Position numbers and translations under genes: made by a program. Below, piece by piece: positions 19,381 to 26,406 of a stretch of DNA of 40,000 nt. This DNA is from an uncultured Bacteroidales bacterium (GTDB lineage Bacteria > Bacteroidota > Bacteroidia > Bacteroidales > UBA932): positions 1,211,019-1,251,018 of the forward strand of contig OW818649.1 in NCBI GenBank assembly GCA_942492945.1, read 5' to 3'. The notes beneath the pieces were generated by a model, which did no database searches, was not told where the DNA came from, and was given only the letters and a program-made list of their open reading frames with translations. The stretch's first letter is position 1; each line of letters opens with the position of its first letter.

Positions 19381-20232
19381 ATGAGGGGAGAGATTAGGAA
19401 AGATATAGCCTTTTTTGAGGCATGGCTTACCGGGCATAGATACAGTGGCCGCACCATAGAAGTATATTTAAATGCAATAAATGTATTCCTAAATTATTTT
19501 GCAGATAAAGATCCGAACGAAATTACAAATTCTGACTTAGTTTTATTTAACAGAGATTATATCATTAAAAAAGGGTATTCGGTTTCTTACCAAAATCAGG
19601 TAATAAATGCCGTAAAACTCTATTTTCTCAAAATTGAGAAAAAGCAACTATTAGTAGAAGAAATTGAAAGGCCCAAAAAATACCGCCCACTCCCTAAAGT
19701 AATTTCCAAACAGATTGTTGAAAAAATGCTAGTTTCTATACCAAATTTTAAACATAAAACTGCTCTTACTCTCGTCTATGCCTGTGGATTAAGAAGAAGT
19801 GAAATTTTAAATTTGAAGCTCAAAGATTTGGATTCAAAACGAAAAACGCTTACAGTAATTAATGGAAAAGGGCAGAAAGACAGGGTGTTACCGCTGAGCG
19901 ATAAGCTGATGGATATGATAATCAGATATTATAAGATGTACAAACCCAAAGTTTATTTAATAGAAGGTCAGTTTGCCGGAGAGCAATACAGCGAAACAAG
20001 CATTGAGAATATTTTTCACAAATATTTGGGTAAAATATATAAAAATCATAGCTTTACACTGCATTGTCTGCGACACAGTTATGCCACACATCTTTTAGAG
20101 GCAGGAGTTAGTTTGAGGTACATTCAGGAGTTGTTGGGACACAAAAGTAGCAAGACAACGGAAATTTACACACACGTAAGCATGACAGGACTTCAAAATA
20201 TTAAAAACCCAGCCGATGATTTCGATTTATAG
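19381..20232 (+). CDS. tyrosine recombinase, Xer/IntI-like, without an IntI-type insertion
   Basis: 283 aa with a SAM-like N-terminal domain. The catalytic residues are in the usual order: ACGLRRSE (Arg), GKGQKDR (Lys), HCLRHSYATHLLEAG (His-x-x-Arg), LLGH and EIYTHV (Tyr). Only about 59 aa separate KDR from HCLRH, which is the Xer-type spacing. The tail reads G..NIKNPADD. Confidence 0.85.
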   Translation: MRGEIRKDIAFFEAWLTGHRYSGRTIEVYLNAINVFLNYFADKDPNEITNSDLVLFNRDYIIKKGYSVSYQNQVINAVKLYFLKIEKKQLLVEEIERPKKYRPLPKVISKQIVEKMLVSIPNFKHKTALTLVYACGLRRSEILNLKLKDLDSKRKTLTVINGKGQKDRVLPLSDKLMDMIIRYYKMYKPKVYLIEGQFAGEQYSETSIENIFHKYLGKIYKNHSFTLHCLRHSYATHLLEAGVSLRYIQELLGHKSSKTTEIYTHVSMTGLQNIKNPADDFDL

Positions 20233-20367
20233 AGATTGAACCTAACTCATACATTAATATTGAACTTAAAAGTACCTCAAAAATGAAATTTTATATTATT
20301 CAACAAACCTGTTCCAAGCCCCCCGCCGTTCTCCCCACTGGATTCACTTTGCTGAATACATAAACAA

Positions 20368-20374
20368 GTTATGC
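20368..20374 (+). other. first crossover core (attI-like junction), GTTATGC
   Basis: GTTATGCAA here is the exact reverse complement of TTGCATAAC at the end of cassette 1 (21639-21647). It lies 136 bp after the recombinase stop codon. Confidence 0.6.
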
Positions 20375-20416
20375 AAAAGCCAAAAAAAGGACACACTACC
20401 TATAAACTAAAAATAT

Positions 20417-21646
20417 ATGAAAAGGACATTTAATCTTATAGTGGGAGCATTAATCCTTGGGATTCTTGGACTGATAGCCTTCATCTTACTTTCAGATTTG
20501 AATGCTAAAGAATCTGGATTAGTGAGTTTGTTATTAACAGTATTATCCGTAATCGTTTCGTTTTTGATTTCTAATTACTATTCTCAAATTACACATAAGA
20601 AAGCGATCGAAGAAGTAAGAGAACAACATTTAGCCAATTTGAAAACCTATGCATTAAATGCTGCCGAGAAAGTTAGCAACCTTTCAAATGAATTAACCAG
20701 ACTTGCATACTATCTTCAAAATGACTTAGACGAAGAAACTGAAGAAAATAGAGAAATGCTCAATCATTCATTGACAGAAAGAATTGAAAGTGCAATACAT
20801 ATAATTAATACTTTAAAATCAGTAAATGACACATCATTAAGTGACTGGCGCGGCGTGATTGGAGAAGAATTGAACGAACAATTAGAAGAGAAAATTGAAA
20901 GAGAAAATGAATTAAAGTCATTAATTGAAAGAGTAGAGGCTTTAGTTATAGAGAATAAAAACACAATACCAAATCAGAAATTCTATGGTGGAGGATATCC
21001 TGAGGAATTAAAAACCATCAGAAAAGAATTGTCTTATGTGGCAAGTTCATTAGGAGGTAAAATAATTAGACCGAAATCATCAAAACCTGTTAAAGAAGAT
21101 ATAGAAAGTAAATGTCCAGAATGTGGAGAAGTAATCACTTACAAACAAAGACCTTTAATTAAGAGTTTTAAACCAGTAAAATGCACGAAATGTGGTAAAA
21201 GAGCTGCATCAAGATATTATAGTGATAAAGGATTTGTTCTTGAACCTGAGATTATTAAAGAGGAAGATATTGAATGTCCTTGGTGTGGTGATGATATTGA
21301 GTTTAATATAAGCTCTGTTCCATATACAACCACCACAGGGGAATGCCCTTCATGTTCTGGTCAAATTAAAGTTATAAGAAATATTGATGGTTTTAAAGTC
21401 AATAAATTTGGTCAAAATCCAGAGAAGATAAAAGAGACGCTTTCAGATGAACTTATTGATAAGATTGATGCATTATTGCCTGAACAACCTTGGCCAACAG
21501 GACAACATAAAGTTATTGCACAAGAATTAGGTGTCAGTGTTCATTTAGTTTCAAAAGCAATTACTAAATTAATAGAACAAGGGAAATATTATCCTCAAGT
21601 TGGAGGAATTGTTTATACAGAAAAAAGGGATAAGACCATTGCATAA
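20417..21646 (+). CDS. cassette 1 ORF: membrane-anchored coiled-coil protein with two zinc-ribbon-like CxxC pairs and a C-terminal HTH-like segment
   Basis: 409 aa with two N-terminal TM helices and an acidic coiled-coil region. The CxxC pairs are CPECG...CTKCG and CPWCG...CPSCS. The C-terminal segment VIAQELGVSVHLVSKAITKLIEQG is HTH-like. Confidence 0.65.
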   Translation: MKRTFNLIVGALILGILGLIAFILLSDLNAKESGLVSLLLTVLSVIVSFLISNYYSQITHKKAIEEVREQHLANLKTYALNAAEKVSNLSNELTRLAYYLQNDLDEETEENREMLNHSLTERIESAIHIINTLKSVNDTSLSDWRGVIGEELNEQLEEKIERENELKSLIERVEALVIENKNTIPNQKFYGGGYPEELKTIRKELSYVASSLGGKIIRPKSSKPVKEDIESKCPECGEVITYKQRPLIKSFKPVKCTKCGKRAASRYYSDKGFVLEPEIIKEEDIECPWCGDDIEFNISSVPYTTTTGECPSCSGQIKVIRNIDGFKVNKFGQNPEKIKETLSDELIDKIDALLPEQPWPTGQHKVIAQELGVSVHLVSKAITKLIEQGKYYPQVGGIVYTEKRDKTIA

Positions 21647-21770
21647 CACGCAATTTACGTAAGCCGGGCGATGTGGGTAATTTAAACATTTGTACATTTA
21701 CTCAAATTGGTAACGGTTAGACAGGTGCAAGCTTCGAAATCCCGGCCTCCGCATATTGCAATCGTTATGG
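21641..21770 (+). repeat. attC-like site of cassette 1 (130 bp)
   Basis: The left core GCATAAC overlaps the stop codon and the right core is GTTATGG. The arms cataacacgcaat..aagccggg and cccggcc..attgcaatcgttatg pair imperfectly. Confidence 0.75.
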
Positions 21771-22052
21771 GTCAGTTGCGAAGGAATTAGTTGTTTAAGA
21801 TGCAATTGTTCAATTGTTTGCAGAAAGTGCTGATGATAAACAATTCAGAGAATAACGGCTAAGAAGAAAGGAGCAGAAGGAGGGAAGAAGTATATATTAT
21901 TAAAGAGACATTAAATTGTAGCTTACAGGAAAAGAGATAATAGACGAAACATACCATTATGAAAGCAACCGCACCCATAACACAAGGTACAGTTCAGCCA
22001 CCCGGCTGCATAAGGTTTATAGGAATAGGGTGGCCGCCCCGTACCCACGTCC
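21764..22052 (+). repeat. ORF-less 289-bp cassette, copy A
   Basis: It starts GTTATGGGT and ends at the next G|TT. It contains no ORF of 60 aa or more. It carries a 30-nt polypurine tract (21861-21890) and its own 85-bp attC. Confidence 0.8.
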
Positions 22053-22059
22053 GTTATGG
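21975..22059 (+). repeat. attC-like site of ORF-less cassette copy A (85 bp)
   Basis: ACCCATAAC is the reverse complement of the cassette start GTTATGGGT. The inner stem is gccaccc/gggtggc. The right core is GTTATGG. Confidence 0.75.
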
Positions 22060-22341
22060 GTCAGTTGCGAAGGAATTAGTTGTTTAAGATGCAATTGTTC
22101 AATTGTTTGCAGAAAGTGCTAATGATAAACAATTCAGAGAATAACGGCTAAGAAGAAAGGAGCAGAAGGAGGGAAGAAGTATATATTATTAAAGAGACAT
22201 TAAATTGTAGCTTACAGGAAAAGAGATAATAGACAAAACATACCATTATGAAAGCAACCGCACCCATAACACAAGGTACAGTTCAGCCACCCGGCTGCAT
22301 AAGGTTTATAGGAATAGGGTGGCCGCCCCGTACCCACGTCC
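22053..22341 (+). repeat. ORF-less 289-bp cassette, copy B (tandem duplicate)
   Basis: Near-identical to copy A by eye (2 substitutions noted) and the same 289-bp length. Confidence 0.8.
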
Positions 22342-22348
22342 GTTATAG
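22264..22348 (+). repeat. attC-like site of ORF-less cassette copy B (85 bp)
   Basis: Same as the copy A site, but the right core is GTTATAG, supplied by the next cassette. Confidence 0.75.
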
Positions 22349-22401
22349 GCAACCATGTTGAAAATCCAGCGAGACTTACAAACTCGAAAACTTTTTAGAA
22401 T

Positions 22402-22836
22402 ATGGAAGAATTCGAAAAGATATTATTGAAAAGCGATTGTCAAAGAAGACTTGAAAAACCAAAGAAAACAATTGAAGAAATTGAAACTCTTATCAGATTT
22501 CAGCTTCCGTTAGACTACAAGAAATTTCTAGAAAATTATGTATGCTTTGAAGGTTCAATAGGTAAAGAATATTTACAACTTTGGAGACTTGAAGACCTTA
22601 CTAATTTGAATGAAAACTATGGAATTTTTGATAACCTAGAAAATACAATTGCAATTGGAGGAAACGGCAGTAGTGAATTCATTGCTATTGAAATAATAGA
22701 TAAAACCAATTATAGAATTGTACTTTCATCATTTATAGACTTAGACAAACAATATCACCTTGAAATAGGAACATCATTTTCAGATTTTCTAACTCGACTT
22801 GACAACGGGAAAGATTGGTTTGGAAATGATGATTGA
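22402..22836 (+). CDS. cassette ORF: SMI1/KNR4 (SUKH-1) family immunity-type protein
   Basis: 144 aa. IEEIETLIRFQLPLDYKKFLENY...IGGNGSSEFIAIE... matches the SUKH/SMI1_KNR4 pattern (LP.DY..FL, then IG.dGgG). No adjacent toxin gene. Confidence 0.7.
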   Translation: MEEFEKILLKSDCQRRLEKPKKTIEEIETLIRFQLPLDYKKFLENYVCFEGSIGKEYLQLWRLEDLTNLNENYGIFDNLENTIAIGGNGSSEFIAIEIIDKTNYRIVLSSFIDLDKQYHLEIGTSFSDFLTRLDNGKDWFGNDD

Positions 22837-22880
22837 TAACATGAAACGGAATATTTTTTGACGACATATAAAACGGCAGC

Positions 22881-23013
22881 CTATAACACGTGGTTAAAAA
22901 TATTGGGGCTGATGCGCAGATAAGCAGGTTTTTAGTACTTTAGTAAAAGTTTAACGTGGAACAGATGTTCGGTTCTTAACGCCCCAACATTTCCAACCAC
23001 GGAAACGTTATGT
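22881..23013 (+). repeat. attC-like site (133 bp)
   Basis: GCCTATAAC is the reverse complement of the cassette start GTTATAGGC (22342). The arms are acgtggttaaaaatattgggg and ccccaacatttccaaccacg. The right core is GTTATGT. Confidence 0.8.
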
Positions 23014-23065
23014 GAAATAAGAAAAAACAACATATATTCAATTTTATTTTCTATCAGTAAAAATT

Positions 23066-23491
23066 ATGGAAACAATTACTCAAATAATTTTATCTTTTCT
23101 TGGTATAATTGGAATTGGTGGTATAGTAACTGCTATTTTCAATAAATCCAAAGAAATTGAATTTCAAAAGCTTGAACAAAAACAACGTCGTTATAAATCA
23201 ATGCTTCTATATATGGATGTTTATTTTGTACCAGAAAACATCAAATATCTATCAAGTCGACAGCCTGATATTCATTCAGCTAAAGATGTCATTGAATACT
23301 TGAAAGCAGAGTATCATGAAATGCTTCTGTATGCCTCAAAAAAAGTAATTCTTTCAGCAAAGAGATTTATTGAAAATCCAAGTAGAGATCTTTTTTTGGA
23401 AGTAATATTGGCTATGAGAGGAGATTTATGGATTAAGAAGTCTGACTTAGACTTAAAAGAACTTGTACTAACTGAAAATAAACAAGAATAA
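23066..23491 (+). CDS. cassette ORF: hypothetical protein with one N-terminal TM helix
   Basis: 141 aa. TM segment IILSFLGIIGIGGIVTAIF. No family recognised. Confidence 0.6.
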   Translation: METITQIILSFLGIIGIGGIVTAIFNKSKEIEFQKLEQKQRRYKSMLLYMDVYFVPENIKYLSSRQPDIHSAKDVIEYLKAEYHEMLLYASKKVILSAKRFIENPSRDLFLEVILAMRGDLWIKKSDLDLKELVLTENKQE

Positions 23492-23510
23492 ATATGAGTT
23501 TTCTTACATC

Positions 23511-23569
23511 ACATAACAGCAGATATGCGGATATGCTTCGCACATCGCATAATCCGCAAATCGTTATAA
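23511..23569 (+). repeat. attC-like site (59 bp)
   Basis: TCACATAAC is the reverse complement of the cassette start GTTATGTGA (23007). The stem is gcggat/atccgc. The right core is GTTATAA. Confidence 0.8.
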
Positions 23570-23591
23570 ACCATTAATTTTGATATACATA

Positions 23592-24221
23592 ATGCGACAA
23601 GCAGTTATTATTTTATTATTATTTATTATTACAATTGATTGTAAAGCTCAGCCTATAGAAATTTTAGAAGAGACAATTTATGAATTGAAATCACCTGATT
23701 TGAATAATTGCCTCGAAAGATATAACCTCATTGCAAATGAAGTGGAATTAATTTACAATCAGGACACTACAAAAATTGAGTTATACCTTCAAATTGAAGA
23801 AAATGGATTAATAAGTAGAGTTAAAAATTTTGATAATGTTCCTGAAGATTTTTATGCATCATATAATGTAATCCGAAGTAAAATAGGTAAAATCATATAT
23901 ATAAGCGAGTATCCACATAGTGGTTCAGGTGATTGGGATCTTGGTTATGAAAACTATTTTGACGAAAAAGGAAATTTAATTGCATTTATTAGAAAATGTG
24001 GCTTTTTCAATGGGGTCTGTGCAGAAGTTATACACGAAAAATCAGAATATTTCTATAATCTGAAACATGTTTTGGTTAAAAAGACTTATGAGATAACTGA
24101 TGAGAATAAAAAACCTTTGAATTATAAAAATTGTATTTTTAATTATCGATACGATTATAAGCAATACCTGACTATAGAAGATTATTTAGAAAAATATAAA
24201 TTTACTAATAACGGTTTATAA
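23592..24221 (+). CDS. cassette ORF: hypothetical secreted protein
   Basis: Signal peptide MRQAVIILLLFIITIDCKAQP. Start moved from TTG 23580 to ATG 23592. The stop codon lies inside the attC left core. Confidence 0.6.
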   Translation: MRQAVIILLLFIITIDCKAQPIEILEETIYELKSPDLNNCLERYNLIANEVELIYNQDTTKIELYLQIEENGLISRVKNFDNVPEDFYASYNVIRSKIGKIIYISEYPHSGSGDWDLGYENYFDEKGNLIAFIRKCGFFNGVCAEVIHEKSEYFYNLKHVLVKKTYEITDENKKPLNYKNCIFNYRYDYKQYLTIEDYLEKYKFTNNGL

Positions 24222-24274
24222 CAGCAGCTTGCCTTCATGCTAGCGCACGAACTGCAAGCCGCAAAACGTTATGG
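24216..24274 (+). repeat. attC-like site (59 bp)
   Basis: GGTTTATAAC is the reverse complement of the cassette start GTTATAAACC (23563). The stem is gcagcttgc/gcaagccgc. The right core is GTTATGG. Confidence 0.8.
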
Positions 24275-24556
24275 GTCAGTTGCGAAGGAATTAGTTGTTT
24301 AAGATGCAATTGTTCAATTGTTTGCAGAAAGTGCTAATGATAAACAATTCAGAGAATAACGGCTAAGAAGAAAGGGGAAGAAGGAGGAAAGAAGTATATA
24401 TTATTAAAGAGACATTAAATTGTAGCTTACAGGAAAAGAGATAATAGACAAAACATACCATTATGAAAGCAACCGCACCCATAACACAAGGTACAGTTCA
24501 GCCACCCGGCTGCATAAGGTTTATAGGAATAGGGTGGCCGCCCCGTACCCACGTCC
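24268..24556 (+). repeat. ORF-less 289-bp cassette, copy C
   Basis: This third copy has the same length and boundaries, with a few substitutions in the polypurine tract. Confidence 0.8.
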
Positions 24557-24563
24557 GTTAGCG
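24479..24563 (+). repeat. attC-like site of ORF-less cassette copy C (85 bp)
   Basis: The left core is CCATAAC and the right core is GTTAGCG, supplied by the next cassette. Confidence 0.75.
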
Positions 24564-24603
24564 GTAATTAGAGATCACGACATAAAACAAAATAAATTAA
24601 TAA

Positions 24604-24864
24604 ATGGAACTACCTAGAGACAGGGTAATAATAGCAGGTGACGTGAGCGATAGAGACGGAATTGGAGTTGAAATTTATCGTGACAACAAGTTAGTAATCG
24701 AAATATTTCGTGATGACACAAAACGGACAAGAACTGTAACACTTTTTCAAAAAGACTTATCATTAGACTTACTCGAAGAAAGTATTGAGATTTTCAAAAA
24801 AGAAGTTCCTTGGGACTTTATTGAATATGATAATAATAATTTAGACAAGAATTTGAGAAAATAA
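24604..24864 (+). CDS. cassette ORF: hypothetical 86-aa acidic protein (copy 1 of 2)
   Basis: The protein is identical to the ORF at 39606-39866. No family recognised. Confidence 0.6.
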   Translation: MELPRDRVIIAGDVSDRDGIGVEIYRDNKLVIEIFRDDTKRTRTVTLFQKDLSLDLLEESIEIFKKEVPWDFIEYDNNNLDKNLRK

Positions 24865-24872
24865 TTAACTAC

Positions 24873-24930
24873 CGCTAACAGCAACTTGCATTCACGCTAA
24901 CGCGCAAACTGCAAGCCGCAACCGTTAGCA
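24873..24930 (+). repeat. attC-like site (58 bp)
   Basis: ACCGCTAAC is the reverse complement of the cassette start GTTAGCGGT (24557). The stem is gcaacttgca/tgcaagccgc. The right core is GTTAGCA. Confidence 0.8.
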
Positions 24931-24954
24931 CCCATACAAAAAAGACAACAAGAA

Positions 24955-25860
24955 ATGAGAGTATTAATAATTCTAATAACAACGCTTTGGATTTTTGGCT
25001 GTTCTAATACTGACAACTCTAAAGGTTCAAAAAATGACAGGTTGAAAACAATCTATAAAAACACTTTACAGATTAATACAGACGTAGTGAATGAAAACGT
25101 ACAATACATTGGCTTTATTGATAAATTTTATTTTTCCAATGAAAATGAAGCATACATTGAACTTTACTTCATTAAAAACGAGATAAATTCTGACGAGTAC
25201 AACAAAATTGTAAAACTTACTGACTCTTTAATTTATGAGGACGATGAAAATAGTAGACACAGATTTCCAGAAAGTTTAGCACCAAAATATTTTGACCTAA
25301 GAGGACTTTCAAAACTTAAAATCTATGACAACAACAATAAATTTGTTTCTAATGCTGACTTTCTTCGTGTAGAGTATTTAAATCAGAATATATCACCTGT
25401 TTTTATAGCTGTGTACAAGACAGAAAAAAAAATCAAAGCTGATAGTTACTATGGGATAAGTAATTTTAGTGGAACATTTGAGACAATGAAATATTTAATT
25501 ACAAAAGATACCATTTTGACACAAAATCTTCTGACAAAACTTAACGAAAAAAGACCTTACTACGGACTTGAAAACAATGGGACTCACTTGCATTTTTCCA
25601 ACAGCGATACAGTTTTATCTGTTATAAATTCTGAGAATTTTGCCTACATAGTCTTGACAACAAGCAATGATTTTAAGGTTCTATATAAAAGTCTTGACTT
25701 TGAAAACGTTTCAGACGTAAAGATTATTCCCCTATCTAATAATAAGTTTCCATACATATTAACGCGGAATGTTAAACCCGAAACTGATGTAATGTGGGAT
25801 AACTTACTGTATTACGATGGGAAAAAATATACAACTACGAACAGACAACGAATTGAATAG
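24955..25860 (+). CDS. cassette ORF: hypothetical lipoprotein
   Basis: 301 aa with a lipobox (LWIFGCSN). No family recognised. Confidence 0.6.
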   Translation: MRVLIILITTLWIFGCSNTDNSKGSKNDRLKTIYKNTLQINTDVVNENVQYIGFIDKFYFSNENEAYIELYFIKNEINSDEYNKIVKLTDSLIYEDDENSRHRFPESLAPKYFDLRGLSKLKIYDNNNKFVSNADFLRVEYLNQNISPVFIAVYKTEKKIKADSYYGISNFSGTFETMKYLITKDTILTQNLLTKLNEKRPYYGLENNGTHLHFSNSDTVLSVINSENFAYIVLTTSNDFKVLYKSLDFENVSDVKIIPLSNNKFPYILTRNVKPETDVMWDNLLYYDGKKYTTTNRQRIE

Positions 25861-25866
25861 TACGGG

Positions 25867-25918
25867 TGCTAACAAAGGCTATATGCCATAAACGGCACAT
25901 AGCCCCAAATCGTTATGG
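25867..25918 (+). repeat. attC-like site (52 bp)
   Basis: GGGTGCTAAC is the reverse complement of the cassette start GTTAGCACCC (24924). The stem is ggctatatgcc/ggcacatagcc. The right core is GTTATGG. Confidence 0.8.
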
Positions 25919-25963
25919 GCAATGGCAAATTCCGCAAATAATCTAAAATACATATAACGAAAT

Positions 25964-26275
25964 ATGAAAAAATATGCAATTTTAACTTTTACTGCCGAAG
26001 ATATGACTTACGGATCAGCTCCAAGTAAATCTGGTCCAGCAAGATTAAATCAAGGAGAATTTAATTCTTCACATAGACGGTCTGATAAAACCGTTGAAGA
26101 TTTAATACGAAATGAAGATGGGAGCATTAGACAATTCACTTCTCAAGTGAGCGCTTTGAATTACTGTGTCGATAATGGTTGGAATCTCGAGCAAACTTTA
26201 TTTGAACCTCATGATGGTTATAATGCAAGAGAACCTCTCAGTAACTATATATTTATATTGTCGAGAGAAAAATAA
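25964..26275 (+). CDS. cassette ORF: hypothetical 103-aa protein
   Basis: It is the only ORF in its cassette and is co-oriented with the array. No family recognised. Confidence 0.55.
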   Translation: MKKYAILTFTAEDMTYGSAPSKSGPARLNQGEFNSSHRRSDKTVEDLIRNEDGSIRQFTSQVSALNYCVDNGWNLEQTLFEPHDGYNAREPLSNYIFILSREK

Positions 26276-26300
26276 ATGCAATTCGTTCAATTACTAAAGC

Positions 26301-26355
26301 CCATAACACGCGTTAAATCCCATTGAAACGGGATTTAGCCGCTGAACCGTTGGCG
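26301..26355 (+). repeat. attC-like site (55 bp)
   Basis: GCCCATAAC is the reverse complement of the cassette start GTTATGGGC (25912). The stem is taaatccc/gggattta. The right core is GTTGGCG. Confidence 0.8.
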
Positions 26356-26406
26356 GCAAGGCTGAGAGACAGTGCAAACTTGAACCAATAGACATAAAAA
26401 CTATAT

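Noticed and set aside
19381-20232. Calling the recombinase a canonical integron integrase (intI)
   Set aside because: It lacks the roughly 35-40-aa IntI-specific insertion between the KxR and HxxR regions, is only 283 aa long, and is co-oriented with the cassettes. I therefore kept it as Xer/IntI-like with function unproven.
21712-21720. An internal GTTAGAC inside attC 1 as an alternative cassette boundary; similarly GTTGGGG at 27332 and GTTTCAT at 27416
   Set aside because: No downstream left core is complementary to these sequences. The chosen boundaries satisfy the start/left-core complementarity rule and give better arm pairing.
21800-21830. A Bacteroidetes-type promoter (TTTG / TAnnTTTG) inside the ORF-less cassette
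   Set aside because: The best candidate (attgtttg) does not match the TAnnTTTG -7 consensus at the first two positions, and no properly spaced -33 TTTG was seen. It is left as a hypothesis to test rather than a feature.
21948-22076. 42-aa ORF (MKATAPITQGTVQPPGC...) in the ORF-less cassette
   Set aside because: It reads straight through the attC palindrome and across the cassette boundary into the next copy, so it is very unlikely to be a real gene.
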